Origin: Dicyema japonicum | Lineage: Eukaryota > Animalia > Dicyemida | Direction of reading: 5' to 3' | Length of the DNA stretch: 53,971 nucleotides | NCBI GenBank assembly: GCA_011109175.1 | Contig: RDEW01000094.1 | Coordinates: forward strand, 51,350 to 105,320 | Shown here: positions 34,980-47,328 of the stretch, one piece after another | Layout: each line of letters starts with the position of its first letter | Position numbering within the stretch: the stretch's first letter is position 1 | Made by a program: the position numbers and the translations under genes | The notes under the pieces: generated by a model | The model's input: the letters and a program-made list of their open reading frames with translations, nothing else | What the model was told of the DNA's origin: nothing | The model's database searches: none

Positions 34980-37900
34980 CAGGTTTTTCCTATTTGTTTA
35001 ATAACTTTGTAAAAAAATTTACTAACTTTATCAAAATGTTTAATAACTTTGTCAAATATTTATGGGATTATTATATATTTATTGGACTATTAATAATATT
35101 GGTCAACGCGTATTTCCCACCGTTGAGTTCCTGCTCTTCCAGTGTTCCCAGATTGACTTTCTCACATCACTGAAGAATGTGATTATCAGTGGTGACTTCA
35201 ATGCGAAACACCTACTGTGACTGACAGGACAAACCTACGACAAAAGAGGGAAGATGATAATTGAGGACCTACACAGCCTATGTATACTCAACGATCCCGC
35301 ATTCCATACAAGAACACTTACTGGACGTAACAATAAACCTTCTTCTATCGACATCTCACTATCATCACCGTCCTTGTCCCCTCTTATTGACTGGTCAGTG
35401 AATATGACACCCGGAGTGACCACAATCCAATATGTTTGGAGGTCAAAACGGGGTCACGGATAAAAGGACAATGTCCAACGATAACTAATTACAACCTTGC
35501 GAATTGGGAAGGATTCAAGGATTACGTCGATAATTGCATTGGACTATTAAATTTCCCCATTGTTCCCTCCGTCGAACAATTAGTGAAATGGTTCAACTCC
35601 ATAAACGCTGCAAAAGAAGTACACTCCTATGGGGAGGCAACCTACGTCATCAAAACGTTTCAACACAACGACGAAACATCTGATCAGAGAACGAAATAAT
35701 CTAATGATAGTAAAATCGCCAACAGAAAAGAACATCAGAAAAATACGAGAATTGAACAGAGAGATCGACAACACATAAAGGCAGAAAATGCAAATAGATG
35801 GACGAGACTATCGAAGCTCTCTGCAAAAACCCCCCAATGCAGAGAGTGTGGAAGTGATCAAGAACATCAAAAGATCCTCCCCAGAGAGAAAAGTCGAAGT
35901 CTACATAAAACCAGACACTCTGATAAAATATTACACATCTATCTCCTACAAGAAATTTTCAAAAGAACACCAAGTATTTCTGAAAAAGATTGAACCGAAA
36001 CGCTCCGATGACCGGATCCTATTTATAGTCAGGATGTTCGGAGAGCCATATCCAACAACTCAGAGGCCAAGGACCAGACAACATAACCACATGTGAACTG
36101 AGGCACCTGGGCCATCGAGCCCTGGAACTATTAGCCTATGTCTAACCTATCCATTAACACAAATACAATCCCTGAAATATGGAAGAAGTCTCTAATCAGA
36201 CCTATCCGAAAACCCAACAAACCAATAGATGAATTATCTTCCTATCGCCCAATATATATTTTAAGTCCGGTCTCAAGGATCCTTGAAAGGCTTGTTTTGG
36301 AATAAAATACAAGACTCAATCTCAATACCTCCGACCCAGCACGGATTCCGGGAACCATTCGACACAACACACCTTAAAACCCTCACACAATTCATTGCGG
36401 AAAGATTTAACTCCCCCAAACCCCATCAGAGGACAGTACTTATATCCGTGGACATCACAAAAGCGTTCGACTCAGTCCCTAGGAAACTCTAACAAAGAAA
36501 ATATTGAAACCAACATCCATCCGAACCTGAAACTTTGGCTTGGAAACTTCCTAAATGGAAGACGAGCACAAGTACTCTGCAACAACATCAAATCAAGATC
36601 TCGCTATTTCCCAAATGGAGTCCCTCAAGGCTCCCACTATCACCCCAACTCTTCAATCTCTACATAAACGACATGCCACAAACCTGTAATGAAAACTGTC
36701 TAATCTCTCCTATGCCGACGAAATCACTTTTGCTCCAAGGACAGAAGCATTCAATCAGCGACTCAGTTCTCAACAAATGCTTGACAAGCTGGAACTATGG
36801 CTCTCGAAGGAGACTCGACACATCAGCACAAAGTTTTCTGTCACGCTGTTTACCACTTAACAAAGACAGCTCTGTATCGAACCAAAAATTTTCATGAAGA
36901 ACGAAGCTATTCTATTAACAAAACACCGAAGATTCTGGGAGTAACCTTTGATCAGGGACTCACCTTTACCCGACATGTTGAAAACAAAGTAACTTCTGCT
37001 CTGAAAAAATGAGAATTTAAAAGTGCTCTCAAAAACACTTAGAGACCAAACTGCGGTTTTGCCACGATTTTTGAAACAATTTATCCGACCAACGATAACG
37101 TATGCAAGTGCTTCGTGGGCAATGCAGATTTCACGATCCTCCTCATTGAAACTATCCGCAATCGAGGAGACTGCAATAAGGTTAAAGACCAGAAAACAAA
37201 ATCTAGCCCATTGAAAATTTCTTAATCGAATTACAACGGAAACTCTTAAAGGATGCTATTTTACCGAGCTGCCCTCTATTCCATACACTATCAAATATCT
37301 ACAATCATACAGAAATTTTGAGCCGATGGCATGTCCAATGAGATGAGCTGTTCAGGATTCTCGACCCCGGACTCGTCCTTACCTTTGTCGATCTGGGATC
37401 ACGAAGTTAGATGAGAGCTTTTATTTCTTTCTCTTGATACAGTGATCCTGGAGGTAACAATAATAATTGGATTATTAAGTTCCTATAAAAACAAATTTTC
37501 GCTCTAAATGAATAGTTACAGGAACAAAAATACTACTGTATCCGAGGATAACCGAAAACTTATAAATAAATATGAAGCAGGGTTGGCTTATTCAAAAATA
37601 AGCAAAAACATCTGTATTAACTACCAGACAGTTGTTTCTAGCGTTAAAATACAAAAATACTGAAAGTTTTGCCTGCATCAATTCACAAGAGCGAGCAATT
37701 AAAAAATGTTGTATTAGGAACTGGCGTCCAATTAATTTTTAACGTGTATAGAGTATGAATTGTATTTTTGCCTCCTTATACTCCTCAACTTAGTCAAATT
37801 GAAGAGTTTTTTTCCGTTGAAAAAATAACATCAAAAAAAAAATTGTAGGAACTCTAAGGAATTAATAAACGCAATCCAAAACATCAGAGAAATTTCATCA

Positions 37901-38160
37901 GATGTGTGCAATAATTTGTAATTCCACATGCAGAGCTATTTAGTAAAGCATTGGCTAATGAGGAATTTTAATTTACTGTTGTTTTTTTAATTAATTATTA
38001 AATATGTTTTTTAATTTGACCTATGACAGTTACTAAACATTTTGACAAAATTATTAAGTATTTTGACAAATTATTAAAAATTTTGACAAAATTATTAAAT
38101 TTTCTGACATTGTTAATAAATTTTATTATAAAAAAAATTTATTAAATAAAAAAAACCCTG
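34980..38160 (+). mobile_element. Tc1/mariner-like element with TA TSD and subterminal repeats, interrupted by a LINE
   Basis: TA|CAGG(G)TTTTT ends; inverted TTAATAA(C/T)TTTGTCAAA arrays; HTH (EDNRKLINKYEAG) and LPPYTPQLSQIEEFF remnants at 37500-37850. Confidence 0.7.
35094..37465 (+). mobile_element. 5'-truncated APE-RT LINE nested in the Tc1-like element
   Basis: GDFNAKH, DITKAFDS, GVPQGS; TSD ATTGGA(C/T)TATTAA at 35081-35093 and 37466-37478. Confidence 0.8.
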
Positions 38161-38185
38161 TATTAATACAAATATAAATAATGAA

Positions 38186-40632
38186 TCACCCATTGCCATA
38201 AATGGTAGAACTGTGAGTAATAATGATAAAATACTGAAATTGTCGTGAAAATAAATAAGTTGCACAATCATGCCCACATCCAGAAGGACAGTAAGTGTTA
38301 GTTTCAAACCACTGTGTCATGTGATTCAGATGTCCTCCGTGTTTACATCCTTGACACCACGTGGTCAACCCAATAACCGGATTATTACTATAATAAACAC
38401 AAAAGTCACCATAAACTGCAAATAACCAAATAATCACCACATTTCTTGCATTTTGTTGATTTTCGCTCCATGACATCACAACTTGGCTTATTCATGCACC
38501 TCAATCGAAAAGTTGTGTTATTCTGAATTTCTTCCCCAATCTCAGAGAAACCCCCGAACTTAATGACCTCTGCTGAGACCATAAAGAGTTCGAATTTCTT
38601 TAACAAATCTCATAATAAGCAAATCGTGGACCAATATAGTTCATAATAAAATTCACCGCGTCTTTTCTTTTCAGAAAATCACCAAACCAGTCCATCCCCA
38701 ATGTGAGAATCATCGTGGATGCCATTTGAATGTCCCCCTCGAATAATTCCGGGAAGTACCTTCTCCACATAGTCTTCAATCGTGTCGACTGTGGATTCAA
38801 TAAGTACCCTACGAGCCTTAAACCTCGAATCAGTCTGAAGGGTGTTGTGAACGACTAAAAATAAGGCGAAAAAAACCCGTAAGCTGATCCTCCTCATTCA
38901 GAGTACTATAAGTGTACACTGGCTCTGTTTCATTGATAGTCTTCCTGCGTGTAATGGACACCTTTCTGAGATTGCGAGTAGTGAATAGTTTGAGGTCGGT
39001 TATCTGTCCCCTCTGGTATTCTTCCTGATAGTTTATACACTCCTCTAAGATTATTACCAGAGACAACCGTAAATTGACGATTCGTTGGGTTCCTCTTTAC
39101 TAGAGGCTATATATAGAAAATACGGAGTTTAAGCGAATTTATGACCTGCTTTAAAATCAACCAAGAAGCTTCGACTTCATCACGACCGAGTTTTTTGGCT
39201 ACGTTAGCGTTGTGTTGACATAAATAAAAGGGGTCACTTCCGTAGAACTTTAGTTGTTCAGCAGACTTGACAAACCAATCATTGGACTCCAGCTATGATA
39301 AATCAAACAAGGGTACTTCAGTCCGTTTTAGCGTAGTCTCTACTTTAGACCTACTCCAAGAAAGTTTCTTCTTGTCAGGTTTTTTTCGATCTGTTGTCTT
39401 TTCAAGATTGTAGGTGGTACAAGTCATCATTCCATCAATTTCAATGTCGATGCAATTCCTACTATATTGTGGTGGTGAAATTCTTTGAGCTTTTTGTAGA
39501 ACAAATCTGATCAACAAGTTACTGAGTCCACCAGAGAATAACTCCTCCCCAGACCGACCCCTCCAAGCAATGTCCACTGAAAGCTGTTACCACCACATAC
39601 TTATTTTGGTTTCCATATCAGAATGAATCACTCCATATGGAGAATATGGGTTCATTAGGTCCCAGATATTGATCATATTCTTATAGGTACCAGATAGGGT
39701 AGTGAACTGAGTCCTATGATTAAAAAAACGGTCTTACCTGTAACCAGGTCTCCATCTTACTTTAATGATATCTCCAGACCCAGAATTGATCTTGTTGACC
39801 TTTTCGGCGCTGTGGTCAAGGTCCCAAATCTTAAAATAAGATAAGTCTACAAAAATATTATTTTGTCCCTTTCCTGTAGAAACAATCACATTGTGGTCAG
39901 GATGCCAATCTATGCTATTAATTCGGCCAGTGTGAGCATGAAAATGACACACGTGTCTTTTAAAATTCCTTGAATCCCATATTTTGATTGATCCGTCAAT
40001 TAGAGCTGTGGCAATTAAGGATGACCCTGAATGTTTAGAGAATCTAACATCAGAGATTGCTAGCTCCTCTTGGAAAAATCTCTGGTTTCGTTTCACTCGT
40101 TTGTCCTTTAAGTCACAAATACTTCAACCATTATTTTAACCGCTCCTTTTTGGAAGGCCATCAATAGGTTGTGTTTGCTGAGTGGATCAAACGTTATGTG
40201 CGTGACTAGTCCATCCTTACTTGTCTTTTTGTCCACTAGTCGTCATAAATCAAGAGAACCTGTACAAGGTGACCGGATTTCTGCTCTGTTAATGTCCCAG
40301 TAAAACGCATTTCCTGAATCGTCTAGTGAAGCCAATACGTTGACTAAAGTGGTAAACTTGTAACTACCATTCTGTTTATTCCAACTAATGTCAGTGATAT
40401 TCTCAATTATCCCCCCTTCCGTGAAAGGTCGTAGCAGATTATGCAGTAGACAGAGACTGCCTGAACAAGAGTCTACCTTGTAGACTGAGAGTACTGAAAT
40501 GAATATCTTTAACACCTTTGCGACCTCCAATACCACAATAAGTTCCGGTTTTATCAGCAGTAAGCACATTAATGCACCATGGAAGTTGCTAGCGTACACG
40601 AGTGGCTTAAGATCATAGTCAGGCATCATCAT
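38186..40632 (-). CDS. WDR24: GATOR2 complex WD40/RING subunit (SEA2/RTC1 orthologue), ~706 aa spliced, micro-intron rich
   Basis: Spliced translation gives WFVKSAEQ..LCQHNANVAKKLGR..SWLIL, YVEKGDIQMA..ILTLG, YIDLLKKF and CSLC..GLTTWCQGCKHGGHLNHM..WF..CPSGCGHDC, all matching the WDR24 motifs I recall. Introns: 40494-40515, 40344-40367, 40236-40259, 40106-40128, 39830-39850, 39714-39737, 39577-39600, 39293-39316, 39107-39123, 39045-39067, 38855-38876, 38738-38759, 38609-38631, 38388-38409. Confidence 0.88.
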
Positions 40633-40766
40633 TCGTAACTACCACTATTATGTTATTATTTTTAAATATTAATTTTACTTTATTTCAAAAAAATAAAATG
40701 ATTTTGCTGAAATTACGTTTCAAACGATTTAGATCACATATAATTAAATTAATCAAGAACAAACCT

Positions 40767-40791
40767 TGACGAGTGACGAGTGACGCCGTCA
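40767..40791. promoter_or_regulatory. TGACG cluster (TGACGAGTGACGAGTGACGCCGTCA) ~135-160 bp upstream of the WDR24 ATG
   Basis: Three TGACG plus an inverted CGTCA in AT-rich DNA; retained in the other arm. Confidence 0.35.
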
Positions 40792-40984
40792 TCAGTGGAT
40801 ACTCACTCCGTGACTGGATTGTCAAAAAGGACCCACACACAAGAAAACGAAAAAAAAGTGAAGATCAATCCTTGGTTCTACAATTAGTTAAAATTAACTG
40901 TTCTTTACTTAAATAAAGTGTGTGTTTTGCCTATGCGGAGCAATAAATATTATAGCTTTCTTGAAAAGGCTAAAAAAGAACAAA

Positions 40985-41690
40985 TCTGGGAGCCTGGGTT
41001 GAATTTGAATCGCCCCTCCATATCCAGAGATAAATCAGCGTATCTACCTTCACCACACACAGAAAAGAAAAATATACACTGTATTTGAGCATATATGGAG
41101 ACTATACCTATACAGATTCATCCAACTATTCTGGGAGTGACTTTCGACTCTTTGATGACATTCTCTCAACATTTGAAGAACGTTATGACAAAGGGTCTCA
41201 GGAAACTGAATATAATGTAACCGCTCTTAAAGTCACGGGAATGCGCTTCGTCTTGTACCAATCAACTTTTAAAACCTACGGTAGAGTATGCTTGTGCCAC
41301 ATGGACTTATGGAGTTCCAATAATCAAATTTGTACAAATCAATTTCCTAACAGCCAAAGTGGTACGTCTTAACGAATCTACCTGCCAATCTTTCCCCCAA
41401 TGCTTGACCACGCTTCAATCAAAAACAACGCTCCAGTTTCATCGGTTTTTGTGGTCATGAGACAATTAGTTTCTTCCATTCAAGACTATAAGCCTCAAAT
41501 TCACGTAAATTGGGAAAAAACACACCACTCTTCAAATCTTGTTGAAAGGTGATCGTCGTTCAAACAGGAAAGCAATGGACCTTGTGGAGGAACACAAGAA
41601 AAACTCTTGAATCCTAAATGAGGTGTTCCAAGATAACTTATATAATTGGTTTACTCACTCTTTCATGATGTTCGCTACACGGGTTATTGA
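40985..41690 (+). mobile_element. 3' fragment of the 2A-LINE family
   Basis: Aligns to ~8075-8780 (SRDKS..RKEK.TL; GVTFD; GAACGTTATGACAAAGGGTCTCAGGAAACT). Confidence 0.8.
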
Positions 41691-41999
41691 AAAATAATAA
41701 TCAAAAACAAACTAAAAATAAGAAAATGTTTAGTCATTGCAGATGTGGAGCACACAGATGGAATGAGAAGATCAATGAGCCATAAATGGGTTCCAGCTGA
41801 GACAGGTGAAAAAATTGACGCCACAGGATAAAGGAGGAAGAAAAATAAAAGAAAAAAAAATCTTGAATCAAAGAGCCACTTGGCGTAATATTTATGTCCA
41901 CGAGGGTTATTTTTATTGACGGAAATTTGACAAAAAACGATATGGAGTGAATTGACAGCATACCGCATCATGCACCAGAAGGCACTCAATAAATAAATC

Positions 42000-42309
42000 T
42001 TTCATGATCAACACCTTCAGCAATGATTAATTCGTTTTGTTTAAAAAATATTTTCTCATTAATTCCCTAAAAAAAAAATTTTTTTCATTAATAAAAAAAT
42101 ATCCATTTTTCTTTTTATGGCATCATGATTTTCCTTTTATATTCTTTGGATATCAATCTTTCACGATCACCGCCAACTGACTCTTCAGCCAATTGGGCAA
42201 ATTCTATAATAATTTAATTATACAAATCAATGATTAATTAGTTTTGTTTAAAAATATTTTATTATTAATTTCTCAAAATAAATTATCTCATTAATAAAAA
42301 TATAATAAA
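42000..42309 (+). repeat. Diverged 210-bp satellite monomers
   Basis: ccaactgactcttcagccaatt core, same orientation as the main array. Confidence 0.85.
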
Positions 42310-43732
42310 TGTCACCTGTTGAGAACGATTCCAGGTTAAGTACGATCCGTAAAATCGATATTGCCGTCAAAATCGTTTAACCGAATGACTGAAAGTAACG
42401 ATTACCGGTTGAAACGGTTAAATAAGACCAATTAAGTAACGGAACTTTACAAACCATTATATTACTGCCGTTCGGACAGTAAAAACAAGCGGGGCGGTTA
42501 GTCTGATCCAATCTTAAATAATGAAAAAAGTAAAATGAATATATCTCTTAGAGTTACTTTATAAAAGACAAATAATAAGTATTTGTTATAAAGCATCTCT
42601 AACGATGATAATGATGTATAAGCTATAAACCCTAATAAAATACATTTTCCTAAACATTTCCAACTATGATCGAATTCTAAGATACTTATTAAATGTATTT
42701 ATAAAAAGTAAACTAACTGATTGTCGTCGTATGTACGCACGTTCCGAAATTTTCCACCTAACGGGAGGAGACAAATTCCTACACTTCGCTACATACTACT
42801 CGTAAAACAAATATGAAATGTGATAGTGCTACATACTCCCGATGAATTGTATTTATTCGATTCTACACTATGCTACATACTTATGTAAATTATGTTTATT
42901 AGATGATGTTTTTGTACTAATATTAACTAATAACAAAGTAATCATTTTTAAAATATTAACATCAAAATTAATTTTAATCGAAAATCATTTATTTTGTAAA
43001 TAAATTAGCAAGTCTCTGCTATTTCTTAATAATAGTTCTTTCGCATTCACATATTATCATCCAGTAAGAGAGAATTCTATAACGTAATAAATATTGACGT
43101 TAATATGCTCATTCAGAGCACCTCTACGAGTCAGAACGTACTCATCTAACAACCTTGTCTCCAATTTTTAAAACCGTTAATCGTTTATCCACAACTTAAC
43201 ATCTTCTTAACATCCTTTCCTCCACAAAATTGAAAAACTCGACAGTCTTAAATTCAACTAAATTTATTGAACCTTTCTCCATTTAACTTCAATTTACGTC
43301 AAATAAAATGACGAACTGACTTTCATTCTTATCATCTTCATAATCGCCTGTATCGAGTTGATGAATAATAAATTAAATTCTCACTCCGTGAAATGAATTC
43401 TTTCTTTCGAGGATCAAATAAATTAATACCAACATTAATACAAATAAATTAATACCAACATGAAAAAACAATATAACGAGGTGGTTTTTTTCTCTTATTT
43501 CATTAGAGGTAAACCATTCTAAAAAATAAAATTTTCTATATAATTCAAATTTATAAAAAAATTTTAAATATAAATTAATGAAAGCTAAGAATAATTAAGA
43601 AATTTTAATTTCTTACTTAGCTAACTAATATATTTTTGAGGTTTTGAGTCTCAAGGGCGGATCAGCGGCAAAATAAATTTTGATCGATTTTACGGATCGT
43701 ACTCAACCTGAAATCGTTGTCAACCGGTCACA
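42310..43732. mobile_element. Non-autonomous TGT...ACA DNA transposon (Ginger-like), ~50-bp TIRs, 5-bp TSD ATAAA, inserted in a satellite monomer
   Basis: TIRs 42310-42359 and 43683-43732; the flanks rejoin to a satellite monomer; weak LKIGDKVV remnant on the minus strand at ~43150. Confidence 0.7.
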
Positions 43733-44434
43733 ATAAATATCTCTTTTTTTTCTGGGATCATGATCTGCCTATTATCCTTCAATGGGAAATAATCTTTCAT
43801 AATCACCGCCAACTGACTTTGAGCCAATTTGGCAATTTCTATGATAATTTTAATTATATAAATCAATGATTTATTTTTTTGTTAAAAATTTATTTTATCA
43901 TTAATTTCTTAAAAAATATTTTTCTAATTAATAAAAATATAAAAAATATCCCTTGTTCCTTTTATGGGATCATGATTTTTCCTTTTCCTTTTGTGGGTGA
44001 TCATTCTTTCAAGGTTTCTGCCAACTGACTCTTCAACCAATTGGGCAATTTCTATATTAAATTTAATTATATAAATCAATGATTTATTGCTTTTGTTTAA
44101 AATTTATTATCATTAATTTCTTAAAAATATTTTTTCATTTATAAAAATATAAAAAATATCCCTTTTTCCTTTTATGGGATCATGATTTCCCTTTTCCTTT
44201 TGTGGGTGATCATTCTTTCAAAGTTTTCGCCAACTGACTCTTCAGCCAATTCGGCAATTTCCATATTAAATTTAATTATATAAATCAATGATTTATTGGT
44301 TTTGTTTAAAATTTATTTTATCATTAATTTCTTAAAAAATATTTCTCATTAATAAAAATATAAAAAATATCCCTTTTTCCTTTTATGGGATCATGATGTT
44401 CCCTTTTCCTTTTGTGGGTGATCATTCTTTCAAG
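43733..44434 (+). repeat. 210-bp satellite, ~3.3 monomers, ending at the assembly N
   Basis: Same monomer as 17577-21400. Confidence 0.92.
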
Positions 44435-44435
44435 N
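44435..44435. other. Single ambiguous base, probable scaffold join
   Basis: The only N in the window; lies exactly between satellite and the right arm. Confidence 0.8.
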
Positions 44436-44861
44436 CTGTGGTGAAGGTAGATACGCTGATTTATCTCTGGATATGGAGGGGCGATTCAAATTCAACCAGG
44501 CTCCCAGATTTGTTCTTTTTTTAGCCTTTTCACGAGAGCTATAATATTTATTGCTCCGCATAGGCAAAACACACACTTTATTTAAGTAAAGAACAGTTAA
44601 TTTTAACTAATCGTAGAACCAAGGATTGATCTTCACTTTTTTTTCGTTTTCTTGTGTGTGGGTCCTTTTTGACAATCCAGTCACGGAGTGAGTATCCACT
44701 GATGACGGCGTCACTCGTCACTCGTCAAGGTTTGTTCTTGATTAATTTAATTATATGTGATCTAAATCGTTTGAAACGTAATTTCAGCAAAATCATCTTA
44801 TTTGTTTGAAATAAAATAAAATTAATATTTAAAAATTATAACATAATAGTGGTAGTTACTA

Positions 44862-47304
44862 ATGATGATGCCTGACTATGATCTTAAGCCACTCGTGTAC
44901 GCTAGCAACTTCCATGGTGCATAAATGTGCTTACTGCTGATAAAACCGGAACTTATTGTGGTATTGGAGGTCGCAAAGGTGTTAAAGATATTCAATTCAG
45001 TACTCTCAGTCTACAAGGTAGACTCTTGTTCAGGCAGTCTCTGTCTACTGCATAATCTGCTACGACCTTTCACGGAAGGGGGGATAATTGAGAATATCAC
45101 TGACATTAGTTGGAATAAACAGAATGGTAGTTACAAGTTTACCGCTTTAGTCAACGTATTGGCTTCACTAGACGATTCAGGAAATGCGTTTTACTGGGAC
45201 ATTAACAGGGCAGAAATCCGGTCACCTTGTACAGGTTCTCTTGATTTATGACGACTAGTGGACAAAAAGACAAGTAAGGATGGACTAGTCACGCACATAA
45301 CGTTTGATCCACTCAGCAAACACAACCTATTGATGGCCTTCCAAAAAGGAGCGGTTAAAATAATGGTTGAAGTATTTGTGACTTAAAGGACAAACGAGTG
45401 AAACGAAACCAGAGATTTTTCCAAGAGGAGCTAGCAATCTCTGATGTTAGATTCTCTAAACATTCAGGGTCATCCTTAATTGCCACTGCTCTAATTGATG
45501 GATCAATCAAAATATGGGATTTAAGGAATTTTAAAAGACACGTGTGTGATTTTCATGCTCACACTGGCAGAATTAATAGCATAGATTGGCATCCTGACCA
45601 CAATGTGATTGTTTCGGCAGGAAAGGGACAAAATAATATTTTTGTAGACTTATCTTATTTTAAGATTTGGGACCTTGACCACAGCGCCGAAAAAGTTAAC
45701 AAGATCAATTCTGGGTCTGGGAATATTATTAAAGTAAAATGGAGACCTGGTTACAGGTAAGACCGTTTTTTTAATCATTGGACTCAGTTCACTTTCCTAT
45801 CTGGTACCAATAAGAGTATGATCAATATCTGGGACCTAATGAACCCATATTCTCCATATGCAATGATTCATTCTGATATGGAAACCGAATTAAGTATGTT
45901 ATGGTAACAGCTTTCAATGGACATTGCTCGGAGGCGTCGGTCTGGGGAAGAGTTATTCTCTGGTGGACTCAGTAACATGTTGATCAGATTTGTTCTACAA
46001 AAAGCTCAAAGAATTTCACCACCACAATTTCGCAGGATTTGCATCGACATTGGAATTGATGAAATAATGACTTGTACCAGCTACAGTCTTGAAACGAAAA
46101 CAGATCAAAAAAAATCTGACAAGAAGAAACTTTCTCAGGGTAGGTCTAATGTTGAGACTAAGCTTATACTGACTGAGGTACCCCTGTTTGATTGATCATA
46201 GTTGAAGTCCAATGATTGGTTTGTCAAATTTGCAGAACAACTAAAGTTCTACTGAAGTGACCCCTCTTATTTATGTCAACACAACGCCAACGTTGCCAAA
46301 AAATTCGGTCGTAATGAAATTGAAGCTTCTTGGTTGATTTTAAAGCAAGTTATAAATCTCCTTAAACTCCGTATTTTCTATATATAGCCTCTAGTAAAGG
46401 AGGAACCAAACGATTCGTCAATTTACGGTTGTCTCTGGTAATAATATTAGAGGACTGTATAAACTATAAGAAAGAATACCAGAGGCTAAAGATAACCGAC
46501 CTCAAACTATTCACTACTCTCAACCTCAGAAAGATGTCCATTACAAGCAGGAAGACTATCAATGAAACAGAGCCAGTGTACACCTACAGTACTCTGAATG
46601 AGGAGGATCAGCGTACGGGTTCTTTTCGCCTTATTTTCAGTCGTTCACAACAACCTTCAGACTGATTCGAGGTTTGAGGCTCGTAGGGTACTTATTGAAT
46701 CCACAGTCGACACGATTGAAGATTATGTGGAGAAAGTACTTCCCGGAATTATTCGAGGGACATTCAAATGGCATCCACAATGATTCTCACATGGGGATGG
46801 ACTGGTTTGGTGATTTTCTGAAAAGAGAAGACGCGTGAATTTTATTATGAACTATATTGGTCCACGATTTGCTTATTATGAGATTTGTTAAAGAAATTCG
46901 AACTCTTTATGGTCTCAGCAGAGGTCATTAAGTTCGGGGGTTTCTTCTGAGATTGGGGAAGAAATTCAGAATAACACAACTTTTCGATTGAGGTGCATGA
47001 ATAAGCCAAGTTGTGATGTCATGGAGCGAAAATCAACAAAATGCAAGAAATGTGGTGATTATTTGGTTATTTGCAGTTTATGGTGACTTTTGTGTTTATT
47101 ATAGTAATAATCCGGTTATTGGGTTGACCACGTGGTGTCAAGGATGTAAACACGGAGGACATCTGAATCACATGACACAGTGGTTTGAAACTAACAACTT
47201 ACTGTCCTTCTGGATGTGGGCATGATTGTGCAACTTAATTTTCACGACAATTTCAGTATTTTTTCATTATTACTCACAGTTCTACCATTTATGGCAATGG
47301 GTGA
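44862..47304 (+). pseudogene. WDR24: WDR24 duplicate with inactivating lesions
   Basis: Acceptor AG>TG (45779-45780), AG>AA (45916-45917), GGA>TGA (46253-46255), frameshifts near 46400, 46760 and 47190. Confidence 0.8.
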
Positions 47305-47328
47305 TTCATTATTTATATTGTATTAATA

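Noticed and set aside
44699-44735. Hammerhead ribozyme or C/D snoRNA from CTGATGA
   Set aside because: No GAAA core after a stem II and no suitably placed D box.
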